Shown here in pieces: positions 1 to 15,069 of a stretch of 64,000 bases of DNA; within the stretch, counting starts at the first letter, position 1; each line of letters begins with the position of its first letter. The stretch comes from an uncultured Actinomycetes bacterium (lineage in GTDB: Bacteria > Actinomycetota > UBA4738 > HRBIN12). The stretch covers positions 736,001 to 800,000 of the forward strand of contig CAVPIB010000001.1 in NCBI GenBank assembly GCA_963704885.1, given 5' to 3'. A model generated the notes under the pieces. The model did no database searches, was not told the origin of the DNA, and saw only the letters and a program-made list of their open reading frames with translations. The position numbers and the translations under genes are program-made.

Positions 1-746
1 CGAACGTGTTCTCGCTGGCTCCAGCGGTGGCCATGATCCCCTACATCGTGATCCTGGTGGTCCTGCCGTTCAGTCCAACCATCTTCGCCGAGGACCTCGA
101 CGTCGGCATCTTCTTCGTGCTGGCGTTGTCGTCGGTCTCGGTGATCGGCGTGTTGATGGCGGGATGGTCATCGGCGAACAAGTTCTCGCTGATCGGGGCC
201 CTCCGCGCTGCCGCGCAACTGATCGCTTATGAGCTACCGCTCGTGCTAGCCACTGCCGCCGTAGTCATGCAGGCGGGGACCCTGTCGCTGTTGGGGATCG
301 CCGCGACGCAGGACCACTACTGGTACATCCTGACTCAGCCTGTTGGGTTCTTGATCTTCATGGTGGCCTCGCTCGCAGAGCTCACACGTCCGCCTTTCGA
401 CATGCCGGTGGCCGACTCGGAGATCATCTTCGGGGCCTATACCGAGTACACCGGTCTGAAGTTCGCGTTCTTCCTGCTCGCGGAGTACGGCGGGATCGTG
501 GCCTTGACAGGCATCGCTGCCGTGATGTTCCTCGGGGGGTATCAGCCGTTGCCCGGCATCCCGATCCCGGGACCGCTGATGATGTTCGGCAAGATCATTG
601 CTCTATCCTTCATCGTCATCTGGCTGCGGGCGACGTACCCGCGCCTCCGCGAGGACCAGCTCCAACGTTTCTCGTGGCTGGTGCTCATCCCGCTGGCGCT
701 GCTGCAGATCATGGTCGTCGCCGTCGTTAAGGTCGCGGTGGAGTAG
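1..746 (+). CDS. nuoH: NADH-quinone oxidoreductase subunit H (5' truncated by window edge)
   Basis: Hydrophobic protein with ND1 motifs GWSSANKFSLIGALRAAAQ, RPPFDMP, TEYTG, YPRLREDQL; first gene of the nuoH-N run. Confidence 0.95.
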   Translation, partial: NVFSLAPAVAMIPYIVILVVLPFSPTIFAEDLDVGIFFVLALSSVSVIGVLMAGWSSANKFSLIGALRAAAQLIAYELPLVLATAAVVMQAGTLSLLGIAATQDHYWYILTQPVGFLIFMVASLAELTRPPFDMPVADSEIIFGAYTEYTGLKFAFFLLAEYGGIVALTGIAAVMFLGGYQPLPGIPIPGPLMMFGKIIALSFIVIWLRATYPRLREDQLQRFSWLVLIPLALLQIMVVAVVKVAVE

Positions 747-758
747 GGAGGGCTGGGA

Positions 759-1277
759 GTGGCATCGGACGCGTCGGAGGTGCAAGAGCAGCCGGAGGCC
801 GGCATGGGTCTCGGCCTGCTCAAGGGTTTAGGCGTGACGCTCAAGACCATGCTGCACCCGGCCGTGACCCAGCAGTACCCCCGGGTGAAGCCCGACCTCC
901 CGCCTCGCACTCGGGGCGTCATCGCCCTGAAAGAAGGGAACTGCACCGTTTGCTACAAGTGCGCCCGCGAGTGCCCTGATTGGTGCATCTACATCGACGC
1001 GCACAAGGAGACGCACGAACCCGCGGGGGGCGGTCGAGCTCGGTCGGCGAAGGTGCTCGATAGGTTCGCGATCGACTACGCCCTGTGCATGTACTGCGGG
1101 ATCTGCGTGGAGGTCTGCCCCTTCGACGCTTTGTTCTGGAGCCCCGAGTTCGAGTACGCCGAGTACGAGCTCGACCTGCTCACCCACGAGAAGGAGCGGC
1201 TGGAGGATTGGACGTACAAGGTCCTGCCCCCGCCGGCCCTCGAGGAGGGCGCCGTGCCCGCGGAAGAGGCGTCCTGA
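759..1277 (+). CDS. nuoI: NADH-quinone oxidoreductase subunit I, 2x[4Fe-4S]
   Basis: [12 protein letters not shown] and [12 protein letters not shown] ferredoxin motifs; operon position; start may be a few codons later. Confidence 0.95.
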   Translation: MASDASEVQEQPEAGMGLGLLKGLGVTLKTMLHPAVTQQYPRVKPDLPPRTRGVIALKEGNCTVCYKCARECPDWCIYIDAHKETHEPAGGGRARSAKVLDRFAIDYALCMYCGICVEVCPFDALFWSPEFEYAEYELDLLTHEKERLEDWTYKVLPPPALEEGAVPAEEAS

Positions 1278-1789
1278 TGGAGGGTCTGAAGGCTCAGGAA
1301 TACGCTTTCATCGTGTTGGCCGTGATCGGAAGCATCAGCGCTATCGCGGTCGTCTTGGCTCGCAACGTGGTGCACGCTGCGCTGTACCTGGTGGTCACGC
1401 TGCTGTCGGTCGGTGCCGTCTTCCTGCTGCTTGGCGCGGAGTTCCTAGCCTGGGTCCAGATCTTGATCTACGTCGGGGCCATCGTGATCCTGTTCCTCTT
1501 CGGCCTGATGCTCACGAAGGCGCCGATCGGTCGCGACACGCTGGACCACCAGAACCGCTGGATCGGCGGGTTGGTGGGTGCCGGAGTGTTCGCGGGTCTG
1601 GTGTTCCTGATCCAGGAAGCGTTCAGTGTGCAGGACGCGGTCGCCGCCCCGACCTTCCAGACGACCACCAGCATGGTCGGGGAGTCTCTGTTCCGCGACT
1701 ACGTGTTGCCGTTCGAAGCCGTGTCGTTCCTGCTGTTGGCGGCCTTGATCGGAGCCATCGTGCTGGCCAGGAAGGACGACGCAACATGA
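1277..1789 (+). CDS. nuoJ: NADH-quinone oxidoreductase subunit J
   Basis: ATG overlaps nuoI stop (TGATG); AEFLAWVQILIYVGAI and PFEAVSFLLLAALIGA motifs. Confidence 0.95.
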   Translation: MEGLKAQEYAFIVLAVIGSISAIAVVLARNVVHAALYLVVTLLSVGAVFLLLGAEFLAWVQILIYVGAIVILFLFGLMLTKAPIGRDTLDHQNRWIGGLVGAGVFAGLVFLIQEAFSVQDAVAAPTFQTTTSMVGESLFRDYVLPFEAVSFLLLAALIGAIVLARKDDAT

Positions 1790-2081
1790 TCCGCCTCCCG
1801 TTCGTCCTCATCTTCTCTGCGCTGCTCTTCTCTGCCGGTGTCTACGGGGTCTTGGCGCGACGCAACGCGGTCATGGTGCTGATGGCCATCGAGCTGATGC
1901 TCAACGCCGTCAACGTGAACCTGGTGGCGTTCGGCTCACAGCTACAGGACATGGGGGGGCAGATGTTCGCCTTGTTCGTGATCGCCGTCGCGGCGGCTGA
2001 GGTCGGGATCGGACTCGCCATCGTGATCCTGCTCTTCCGCAACCGAGAGTCGATCAACGTGGACGAGGTGAACCTTCTCAA

Positions 2082-2088
<7 letters not shown>
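1786..2088 (+). CDS. nuoK: NADH-quinone oxidoreductase subunit K
   Basis: 100 aa; IELMLNAVN and AAAEVGIGLA motifs; ATGA coupling. Confidence 0.95.
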
Positions 2089-4046
<1,958 letters not shown>

Positions 4047-4065
4047 CAAGGAGAGTGAGACTTCG

Positions 4066-5601
4066 ATGAGCGGTTGGGAGAGATCGGCGATCACCATCAC
4101 GACGTTGCTGCCGATCGCCGGCGCTCTCGTGATCATCTTCGTCCCGAAAGAGAAGGACCGGCTCGTTCGAGCCCTCGGGATCCTCGTCACGGGGGCCGCC
4201 CTGGCACTGGCGATCGCGATCGCGGTGGGCTTCGACTATGGGCGTCCCGGGCTGCAGTACGTGTTGGATCTCAGTTGGATACCCGTGATAGGCGCCCGGT
4301 ATCACGTCGGGATCGACGGGATCAGTCTGCCGCTCTACGTCCTCACGTTCTTCCTCTCGTTCCTCTGCGCGATCTACACCTGGCGGTACGTGCCCGATCC
4401 CGGCAGGACGAAGGCGTTCATCGCCCTGATGCTGCTGCTCGAGACAGGGATGGCAGGCACGTTCATCGCGTTCGATCTGATCCTGTTCTTCGTGTTCTGG
4501 GAGATGGTCCTGGTCCCTATGTACTTCCTGATCGGGATCTGGGGATCGGCGAACCGCCAATACGCGTCGATCAAGTTCTTCCTTTACACGCTGTTCGGCT
4601 CTGTGTTCATGCTTCTGGGCTTCCTGGCGATGTACTTCCAAGGTCCGGCGCCGCACACGTTCGACATGGTGCGCATACAGGAGTTCGCGCTGGGAGGTGG
4701 GTTCAGCAACAACTTCCAGCTGGTGGTGTTCGGCGCGGTGGCGCTCGGCTTCGCGATCAAGGTGCCGATGTGGCCCTTCCACACGTGGTTGCCCGATGCC
4801 CACACGGAGGCCCCCACTATCGGCTCCGTCCTGCTGGCGGGGGTCATGCTGAAGATGGGCACCTACGGATTCATCAGGATCGCCCTTCCCATGCTGCCGT
4901 ACGGAGCACAGAAGTACGCGCCCTGGATCGGTCTGCTCGCGACGATCGCCATCGTGTACGCCGCGCTGGCGTGCCTCGCGCAGAAGGACCTCAAACGGCT
5001 GATCGCGTTCTCCTCGGTCGGTCACATGGGGTTCGTGATGCTCGGGATCGCCACCCTCACGGAGATCGGGATCCAGGCCGCGATCTTCGGCATGGTGGCG
5101 CACGGGATCATCACGGGGATGTTGTTCTTCTGCGTTGGATCGATCTACGACCGCTACCACACGCGACAGATCGCGGAGATCGGCGGCGGCATGTCGGAGC
5201 GGATGCCGAAGCTCGCGGGGGTCTTCGCGTTCGTGGCGATCGCTTCGCTCGGTCTCCCCGGTCTCGCCGGCTTCTGGGGCGAGGTCATGGCGCTGCTGTC
5301 GTCCTTCAGCCCGAACACAGCGCTCGGTCTGTCCACCTCGCTCTTCCGTGGCTTCATGATCGCCGGCGGCATCGGGACGATCCTCACGGCCGGCTACTTC
5401 CTGTGGATGCTGCAGCGAGTGAACCTCGGCCCCATGCCGGAGCGTTGGAAGGAGCACGACCTCGGCGACACGCTGACGGTGGAGTGGCTGGCGTGGCTCC
5501 CCTTGTTGATCGGGATCGTGGTGCTCGGGCTCTTCCCGCGAGTGATCTTCGGGGTCACCGATGACGCGGTGCGCGGGCTGATGTCGTTCCTCGGGGTGTG
5601 A
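4066..5601 (+). CDS. nuoM: NADH-quinone oxidoreductase subunit M
   Basis: KVPMWPFHTWLPDAHTEAP, LKMGTYG and SSVGHMG ND4 motifs. Confidence 0.96.
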   Translation: MSGWERSAITITTLLPIAGALVIIFVPKEKDRLVRALGILVTGAALALAIAIAVGFDYGRPGLQYVLDLSWIPVIGARYHVGIDGISLPLYVLTFFLSFLCAIYTWRYVPDPGRTKAFIALMLLLETGMAGTFIAFDLILFFVFWEMVLVPMYFLIGIWGSANRQYASIKFFLYTLFGSVFMLLGFLAMYFQGPAPHTFDMVRIQEFALGGGFSNNFQLVVFGAVALGFAIKVPMWPFHTWLPDAHTEAPTIGSVLLAGVMLKMGTYGFIRIALPMLPYGAQKYAPWIGLLATIAIVYAALACLAQKDLKRLIAFSSVGHMGFVMLGIATLTEIGIQAAIFGMVAHGIITGMLFFCVGSIYDRYHTRQIAEIGGGMSERMPKLAGVFAFVAIASLGLPGLAGFWGEVMALLSSFSPNTALGLSTSLFRGFMIAGGIGTILTAGYFLWMLQRVNLGPMPERWKEHDLGDTLTVEWLAWLPLLIGIVVLGLFPRVIFGVTDDAVRGLMSFLGV

Positions 5602-5611
5602 TCCTGCGGCG

Positions 5612-7075
5612 ATGAACCAGGTGATCGACTACCACGCGATCCTGCCGGAGCTGATCCTCGCCGGCACGATCCTCCTCGTCCTCGTGGTGGACGTCTTCCT
5701 GCCCGCCAAGCGCAAGTCCTGGTCGATGGCCGTTGCGCTCGTGGGGGTCGTGGCCGCGTTCATCGCGACGTTGACGCTCGTGGGCGACCCTCGGACCACG
5801 TTCGGCGGAGCCTACGTGGTCGACAACTTCGCGGTCTTGTTCAAGCTCTTCTTCCTCACGGTCGCGGTCGTGGTTCTGGCGATCTCGCTGCGGTACGTGA
5901 AGGAAGGCGGGTTCTACCAGGGGGAGTACTACTTCCTGCTGCTCACGTCGTTCCTGGGCTGCATCATGATGCCTTCGTCGCGCGATCTCTTGCTGCTCTT
6001 CATCGCGTTGGAGCTGGTCTCGGCCCCGGGGTTCTTGATGGCAGCCTTCCGAAAGCGTGACCCCAAGTCGAACGAGGCTGGTCTGAAGTTCTTCTTGATC
6101 GGCGTCCTGTCCACGGCCGTGATGCTCTACGGGATGAGCCTGATCTATGGGTTGACCGGATCCACGCGCTTGGACGCGATCGCACGAGAGCTCGCCCACG
6201 TCGGCGCGGCCCAGGAGACGCTGGCTCTCTCGGCGATCCTGTTCGTGGTGATCGGGTTCGCGTTCAAGGTTTCGGCCGTCCCGTTCCAGTTCTGGGCGCC
6301 CGACACGTACGAGGGCGCGCCGGTGCCGGTGGCGGCGTTCCTCGCGGTGGCGTCGAGCGCGGCCGGCTTCGCGGGTCTGCTGCAACTCATGTTCGTGGCG
6401 TTCATCCATCAGTACGCCTTCTGGGCGCCCGTCTTCGCCGCACTGTCGATCGCGACCATGACGCTCGGCAACCTGGTGGCGCTGAAACAGACGCAGGTGG
6501 TCCGTCTGCTCGCGTACTCCGGCATCGCTCAGGCCGGGTACATGTTGCTGCCGTTCGCGCTGGTCTCAGGTGACGTCGCCGTGAACCACCAGGCGTTCTC
6601 GGCGGCGGTTACCTACATCTTGATCTACGGGATCATGAACCTCGGTGCGTTCGCCGTGACGATCGCGGTCAGCCGACGCGAGCCCTCACTGCTGATCGGC
6701 GACTTCGCGGGGCTGGTCCGACGGGCGCCGCTCCTCGCGGTGGGGATGACGGCCTTCATGATCTCGCTGGCGGGTGTGCCTCCAACCGGCGGGTTCTGGG
6801 CGAAGATCTTCATCTTCAGCGCGGCGATCAACCGAGGGGGCATCGGACTCTGGCTGGCCGTGATCATGTTGATCAACTCGGTGATCAGCGTGTCGTACTA
6901 CTTCGCGGTGCCCAAGCAGATGATCTTCGAGCCGGCTGCCGACGACTCGCCGTTGCGTTCGTCGGCTCTGGTCAACGCGGTGGTGGCGATCGCGCTAGTC
7001 GCGATCGTCGCGATCTTCGTCATCCCGAACCCGATCGCACGCGCGGCGGAGATCTCCACCCTCCTCGGCGGCTGA
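5612..7075 (+). CDS. nuoN: NADH-quinone oxidoreductase subunit N
   Basis: EAGLKFF, FKVSAVPFQFWAPDTYEGAP and RLLAYSGI ND2 motifs. Confidence 0.96.
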   Translation: MNQVIDYHAILPELILAGTILLVLVVDVFLPAKRKSWSMAVALVGVVAAFIATLTLVGDPRTTFGGAYVVDNFAVLFKLFFLTVAVVVLAISLRYVKEGGFYQGEYYFLLLTSFLGCIMMPSSRDLLLLFIALELVSAPGFLMAAFRKRDPKSNEAGLKFFLIGVLSTAVMLYGMSLIYGLTGSTRLDAIARELAHVGAAQETLALSAILFVVIGFAFKVSAVPFQFWAPDTYEGAPVPVAAFLAVASSAAGFAGLLQLMFVAFIHQYAFWAPVFAALSIATMTLGNLVALKQTQVVRLLAYSGIAQAGYMLLPFALVSGDVAVNHQAFSAAVTYILIYGIMNLGAFAVTIAVSRREPSLLIGDFAGLVRRAPLLAVGMTAFMISLAGVPPTGGFWAKIFIFSAAINRGGIGLWLAVIMLINSVISVSYYFAVPKQMIFEPAADDSPLRSSALVNAVVAIALVAIVAIFVIPNPIARAAEISTLLGG

Positions 7076-7159
7076 GCGCCCCCGACGCCTGCAAGAACCC
7101 TAGGCCCGGTCGTATCGAAACCCCCGTGGGAGCATGGGGCTGTACGGAAGGAGACGACG

Positions 7160-8032
7160 GTGCGGGCAGGCGTTAACCGGCTGAAGACCTGGGTCCTGAT
7201 CGCCGCCCTCGGAGGGCTCTTCGTTCTGATCGGGCAGTGGCTCGGTGGGACGAGCGGTGCGACCATCGCCCTGGGGATCGCCCTGGTCTTCAACTTCTCG
7301 ATGTACTGGTTCTCGGATCGGATCGCCATAGCGACCACGCGGTCGAAGCCGGTCACGGAGCAGCAGTACCCGCAGCTGTACGGGGTCGTCAGGGAGCTGA
7401 CGCAGCTCGAGCAGATGCCGATGCCGCGAATCTACGTCTCGGAGATGATGCAGCCGAACGCCTTCGCGACCGGCCGGAACCCCAGGCACGCCTCGGTCGC
7501 TGTGACGGAAGGGATCCTTCGGATCCTGGATCAGCGCGAGCTGCGAGGCGTCCTGGCGCACGAGCTCTCCCATGTGCGGAACCGTGACATCCTCATCGGT
7601 TCGGTGGCGGGGGCGATCGGCATGAGCATCACGTTCCTCGCGCGGTTCGCTCTCTTCTTCGGCGGCGGCGACGACAACCGCGGCGGCGGGTTCGGGATCC
7701 TGTTCGCGTGGATCCTGGCTCCGCTGGCTGCCGCCGTGATCCAGATGGCCGTTTCGCGCTCGCGCGAGTATCAGGCGGATGAATCGGGCGCGTACCTGTC
7801 TCGCGATCCCACCGCGCTCGCGCGTGCGCTCCGAAAGCTCGAGACGGCGACGCGCCAGGTTCCGGCGCCGGCGAGCCTAAGTCCGGCGGAGGCGCACCTG
7901 TTCATCATGAATCCACTGGCCGGCCGGCGTGGGTCGGGGTTCGGCAACCTGTTCTCCACGCACCCGCCGACCGATCGTCGGGTAGAGCGGCTCGACGCGA
8001 TCGCCCGCGAGCTGGGCAGCCTCACCGGCTGA
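7160..8032 (+). CDS. htpX: Membrane zinc metalloprotease HtpX (M48)
   Basis: PNAFATGRNP, HELSH zinc motif, SRSREYQAD, FSTHPP; RBS AAGGAG upstream of GTG. Confidence 0.93.
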   Translation: MRAGVNRLKTWVLIAALGGLFVLIGQWLGGTSGATIALGIALVFNFSMYWFSDRIAIATTRSKPVTEQQYPQLYGVVRELTQLEQMPMPRIYVSEMMQPNAFATGRNPRHASVAVTEGILRILDQRELRGVLAHELSHVRNRDILIGSVAGAIGMSITFLARFALFFGGGDDNRGGGFGILFAWILAPLAAAVIQMAVSRSREYQADESGAYLSRDPTALARALRKLETATRQVPAPASLSPAEAHLFIMNPLAGRRGSGFGNLFSTHPPTDRRVERLDAIARELGSLTG

Positions 8033-8036
8033 ACGA

Positions 8037-9392
8037 CTACACCATCGCCTTCAACACGGGGCGAACGTGGTCCATGGTCGTCCGAGGGTTTATGAAGCAA
8101 AGACGCATGACCTTCTCGCCCTCCCACGACGTCGGCTGCACGAACGCGACCTGCTCCTCGAGCAACCGACGCCAGCAGCTGTCGTAGTCCTCTGGTCCCC
8201 AGCCGATCCGACGGAAGAGCAGTACGGACAGGTCTGGTTCCATGATCAACTCGAGGTTCGGGTCGGCCGCGATCGCTGCTGCGGTCTCCCTGGTGATGGA
8301 CAGGACGGTCTCCACAGCGTCGCGGTAGGCGTCGGTCCCGTAGGTTGCAAGCGAGAACCACAGCGGGAGCCCGCGCGCCCTTCGTGACAGGTGATACGCG
8401 TAGTCGGCAGGGTTCCAGTCCGGAGCGGAAAGCGCGGTATCCAGATACGAGGCCACCTGTCGATGCGCCGCGAGCGCCAGAGATGGATCACGGTACAACA
8501 GTGCGCACGCGTCATAGGGCGCGAAGAGCCACTTGTGCGGATCCACGATGAACGAGTCGGCTCGTTCGATCCCGTCATAGAGCGCCCGCGCCGATGGAGC
8601 CAGCAGGCCTCCGCCGCCGTAGGCGGCGTCCACGTGGAACCACAGACCCCGAGCCGCACAGATGGAGGCGACGCCCACTAGATCGTCGACCGTGCCAGCA
8701 TTGGTGGCCCCGGCGCTCGCCACCACAGCGAACACGCCTGCCCCGCCGTCATCGTCCAGGACGCGCTCGAGCGCCTCACCGGTCAGGCGACCGCGGGCGT
8801 CGTGTGGCACGTCCAGGATGTCGACGTCCATCACCCGGGCGGCCGCGGCAACGCTCGAGTGCACCGTGTCGCACGCGGCGAACCGCCACCGCTCGGGTCG
8901 GCCTCCTCGCGCGGTGGCGGCCGCGTGTCTCGCCGTGACCAGCGCGGAGAGGTTGCCGGCCGATCCGCCGGAGACGAACACTCCACCCGCTTGCACTGGG
9001 AAGTCCGCCAGGTCCGCCACCCAGCGAAGGGTCTGATTCTCCGCCCAGATCGCGCCGGCGCCGTCGATCCACCCGGCCGCGATGGTCGAGGATGCTCCCA
9101 CGATCAGGTCGAAGAGAGCGGATGCTTTCGTGGGCGCGCCGGGCACGAACGCGAACGATGCCGGGTGATCGGTGGAGATCGTGGAGGGGGCCAGGACGTC
9201 GGCCCAGATCTCCAGCGCCTTCCGCCAGCCGATCCCTTGCGCGGAGATCGTCTCGCCCGCCAGGGAGTCAAGGGCCTCGGCCGACAGCGTCCGGTCAAGT
9301 GGCTGGGGGTTGGCGATCCGGCCCCGGGCGTAGTCCTCGATCGCCCGCGCCAACTCCTCGGTCTCCGGCGTGTACCGGTGCATCTCTTGCAT
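8037..9392 (-). CDS. Group II PLP-dependent decarboxylase
   Basis: GGSAGN, HVDAAYGG, DPHKW (PLP lysine); start moved to ATG at 9392 behind a GGGAGG RBS. Confidence 0.88.
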   Translation of the reverse strand: MQEMHRYTPETEELARAIEDYARGRIANPQPLDRTLSAEALDSLAGETISAQGIGWRKALEIWADVLAPSTISTDHPASFAFVPGAPTKASALFDLIVGASSTIAAGWIDGAGAIWAENQTLRWVADLADFPVQAGGVFVSGGSAGNLSALVTARHAAATARGGRPERWRFAACDTVHSSVAAAARVMDVDILDVPHDARGRLTGEALERVLDDDGGAGVFAVVASAGATNAGTVDDLVGVASICAARGLWFHVDAAYGGGGLLAPSARALYDGIERADSFIVDPHKWLFAPYDACALLYRDPSLALAAHRQVASYLDTALSAPDWNPADYAYHLSRRARGLPLWFSLATYGTDAYRDAVETVLSITRETAAAIAADPNLELIMEPDLSVLLFRRIGWGPEDYDSCWRRLLEEQVAFVQPTSWEGEKVMRLCFINPRTTMDHVRPVLKAMV

Positions 9393-9414
9393 GCAGCCTC
9401 CCACGGGTGCCGGA

Positions 9415-9458
9415 CACGAACCGGGGCCGGCCGAAGGCCGGCCCCGCGAGGGTTCGTG
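9415..9458 (-). other. GC-rich intergenic hairpin with cUUCGg tetraloop on the minus-strand transcript
   Basis: GGGGCCGGCC-GAA-GGCCGGCCCC inverted repeat at 9423-9445, nested in an outer CACGAACC/GGTTCGTG pair. Confidence 0.7.
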
Positions 9459-9468
9459 GGGATGACGT

Positions 9469-10854
9469 CTAGCCGGCGAGCTCCGAGCAGAACCCACCGA
9501 ACGCCTCGACGTACGTTCGTACGTCGTCCTCCTTGTGCTGGACCGAGATCGTCCACTGCTCCTCGTCGCCGGGAGTCATGAATAGGCCCCGGTTGATCAT
9601 CCAGGAGAAGCTCGCATAGAAGAACTCGGGCACGGTCTCCAAGAAGTCCCGGTAGTTCGTGAGGGGCTCCTTGCGGTAGGAGACACAGCCCTTCGCGCCC
9701 AGGTCCATCGTGTGGCCGGGGATGTCGTTCTCATCCATCGCCCGCTGACAGCCCTCGGCGAGCATCGTGCCGAGCTTGCCGAGATGGTCGTAGGCGTCCT
9801 TCGTGAGCACCTTCGTCAGCGCCGCCAGGCCGGCAGCGACGGAGAGCGGGTTCCCGTTGAACGTCCCCTGCTGGGCCGCGCCCTTGGTGACCCACTCCAT
9901 GAACCGCGCCTCGCCGCCGAACGCGCCGATCGTGGCGCCACCGCCGATGGCCTTGGCGTATGCGGCCAGATGCGGCCGGACGCCGTAGCGCTCGGTCGTT
10001 CCGCCGTAGGCGATCGTTCCGCCGCACTTGACCTCGTCGTAGATCAATACCGCGCCGTGCTTCTCGCACACGTCGCGGAGAGCCTGCAGGTAGCCAGGCT
10101 TCGGCACGACGAGTCCGATGTTCATCATCACTGGCTCCAAGATCACGGCTGCGACATCGCCGGGGTGATCTTGGAACGCTTCCTCCACGGCGGCCGCGTC
10201 GTTGAACGGCACGACGATCACCGTGTCCCACAACGCCTTCGGCACGCCCTTGGATGTGGGCTCGGTCGTGTACCAGGCCTTCCCCTCGTGCTCCACCTCG
10301 CGACGCATGTCGAGCACGTCGGCCTCAGGCACCACCGAGAACAGCACCGAGTCGTGGTGACCGTGGTAAGAGCCCTCCATCTTGATGATCTTGTCGCGGC
10401 CGGTAGCCGCGCGGGCGACCCGCATAGCGTCCATGGTCGCCTCGGTCCCGGAGTTCACGAAGCGCATCTGCTCCAGCTGGAACCGTGAGCAGATCTCCTC
10501 CGCGAGGGCCACGGTGGACTCAGTGGTGACGGCGAAATGGATGCCCTGGTCGGCGACCTTGCGGATCGCGTCCACGATGATGGGATGTGCGTGTCCGACG
10601 ACGTTGACCCCGAAGCCCCCATGGAAGTCGGTGTACTCGGCGCCGTCGACGTCCCAGACCCGCGAACCGGATCCACGCTTCAGGTACACCGGATAAGGGT
10701 CCCCGGCTTGGAAGTTCGACGCGACGCCGGCGGGGAGGCTCTTGACCGCCCGTTCATGCAGGCTCTTGGATCCGGGTGTCCGGTCGAGCAGGATCTTCGT
10801 TTCCTTCTCGGCGATCTCCGCCGCCCGCACCTTCAGCCGTTCGATGTCAGCCAC
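9469..10854 (-). CDS. Class III PLP aminotransferase, glutamate-1-semialdehyde aminomutase-like
   Basis: NSGTEATM, GSYHG, LIYDEV, AKAIGGG, GTFNGNP; GTG start at 10854 with AGGAGG RBS (track ORF to 11178 is over-extended). Confidence 0.88.
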   Translation of the reverse strand: MADIERLKVRAAEIAEKETKILLDRTPGSKSLHERAVKSLPAGVASNFQAGDPYPVYLKRGSGSRVWDVDGAEYTDFHGGFGVNVVGHAHPIIVDAIRKVADQGIHFAVTTESTVALAEEICSRFQLEQMRFVNSGTEATMDAMRVARAATGRDKIIKMEGSYHGHHDSVLFSVVPEADVLDMRREVEHEGKAWYTTEPTSKGVPKALWDTVIVVPFNDAAAVEEAFQDHPGDVAAVILEPVMMNIGLVVPKPGYLQALRDVCEKHGAVLIYDEVKCGGTIAYGGTTERYGVRPHLAAYAKAIGGGATIGAFGGEARFMEWVTKGAAQQGTFNGNPLSVAAGLAALTKVLTKDAYDHLGKLGTMLAEGCQRAMDENDIPGHTMDLGAKGCVSYRKEPLTNYRDFLETVPEFFYASFSWMINRGLFMTPGDEEQWTISVQHKEDDVRTYVEAFGGFCSELAG

Positions 10855-11080
10855 GCGTACCACCTCCTGAGGCGCGAAGCCTACCTGGAGCGGCTCTGGG
10901 CAGGCAATCTGGCCGTGGAGGCCGGCCACGCCCCCGAAGTCCGGCTCCAGCTCGACGGTTCGATGAGGTCCAGCGCTCTTCGCGATCGATGCCCGAGCCT
11001 GCTCTGCCCACGGGTAGTCCGGTTCGGGGTCCCGCGCGGGTCGGGACCATCGGCCCTGGAACTGACCCATTCCGGATGGG

Positions 11081-11097
11081 ATACCAGGGTAGGGTAT
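11081..11097 (+). promoter_or_regulatory. CsoR operator
   Basis: ATACC-agggtag-GGTAT inverted repeat with a G-tract, the known CsoR operator form, directly upstream of the operon containing csoR and copA. Confidence 0.8.
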
Positions 11098-11119
11098 AGA
11101 GCGAACATAGGAGGAAACG

Positions 11120-11389
11120 ATGATGTGGCAAGGAGGGGGTTCCGATGGCTGGGGCGGATGGCTGCTCATGGCCTTCACGATGCTGGTGTTCTGGGGCGGC
11201 CTGATCCTCCTAGCGGTGTGGGCGATCCGCTCCTTCGGCCGTCCGTCCGGTCAAGACGAGTCGCGGGGACGAGCCGCCGACGCCATGGCCATCCTCGAGG
11301 AGAGGTTCGCCCGGGGGGAGATCGACCAGGACGAATTCGAGCGGCGGGGTGCGATCCTGCGCGGCCAACGCGGGTCGGGAGGGAGCTGA
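11120..11389 (+). CDS. Small membrane protein with C-terminal SHOCT domain
   Basis: One TM helix, then ILEERFARGEIDQDEFERR; AGGAGG RBS. Confidence 0.85.
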   Translation: MMWQGGGSDGWGGWLLMAFTMLVFWGGLILLAVWAIRSFGRPSGQDESRGRAADAMAILEERFARGEIDQDEFERRGAILRGQRGSGGS

Positions 11390-11390
11390 C

Positions 11391-11666
11391 ATGCGCGGGT
11401 ACTCCATGAACAGCAAGGACCTCCTCGACCGGCTCCGCCGCATCGAGGGGCAGGTCCGCGGGGTGCAACGCATGGTGGAAGAGGATCAGTACTGCCTGGA
11501 CATCCTCACGCAGTTGAACTCGGTCACCGCGGCGGTGAAGGCGGTCGGGCTTGGCTTGCTCGACGGCCACGTCCGGCACTGCGTCAAGGAGAGCATCGAG
11601 CAGGGCCAGGGAGACGACAAGGTGGAGGAGATGGTGGCTGCCGTTGCCCGGTTCGCCGGGCGGTGA
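11391..11666 (+). CDS. csoR: Copper-sensing repressor CsoR
   Basis: RLRRIEGQVRGVQRM, YCLDIL and HVRHCV (C-H-C Cu ligands); adjacent to copA. Confidence 0.9.
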   Translation: MRGYSMNSKDLLDRLRRIEGQVRGVQRMVEEDQYCLDILTQLNSVTAAVKAVGLGLLDGHVRHCVKESIEQGQGDDKVEEMVAAVARFAGR

Positions 11667-11668
11667 GC

Positions 11669-11688
11669 AGCGATAGCGATAGCGATAG
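11669..11688 (+). repeat. (AGCGAT)x3 short tandem repeat
   Basis: agcgatagcgatagcgatag in the csoR-copA spacer, just upstream of the copA RBS. Confidence 0.75.
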
Positions 11689-11706
11689 AGGGGAAGTGAC
11701 GGTGCG

Positions 11707-14709
<3,003 letters not shown>

Positions 14710-14787
14710 GCATGCAGATGGACACGAAACGAACGGAGGCCATGGCGGAGAGGAACTCGCCACGTCGGGTGCTCGAGGACGGGTGGA

Positions 14788-14957
14788 GCCCGCGCGATGG
14801 CGTGCGTCGGGGAGGACGCGATGCCGTGCTGGATCGCGCGGGACATCCTCACCGAGTGTGACGCGCGCGCGTTCCTGTTCGAGGTCGAGGAGGCCTACGG
14901 CCGGTAGTTCGTGAACTGCAGCCCGATGCCGAAGTCGTGTCCGTTCACCTAGGCGAT
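14788..14957 (+). repeat. Degenerate direct-repeat copy of 20270-20442 (cyclase 3' end plus yajQ 3' end)
   Basis: 14835-14900 is identical to 20320-20385 (66 bp); flanks carry substitutions and small deletions. Confidence 0.92.
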
Positions 14958-15069
14958 CTCCGTCGCGCGTGCTCAGAGTCTGTCGAGGTCAGCCACGCGC
15001 TGCTCGACCTCGACTCGTTCCTCCGCGCTCTTAGACGCAAACCCGCAGCTCCGCTGCTACCGTCGGGAT

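Noticed and set aside
10855-11178. N-terminal extension of the aminotransferase in the ORF track, or a possible riboswitch in this gap
   Set aside because: An AGGAGG RBS supports the start at 10854; only short hairpins are present and I recognised no riboswitch consensus
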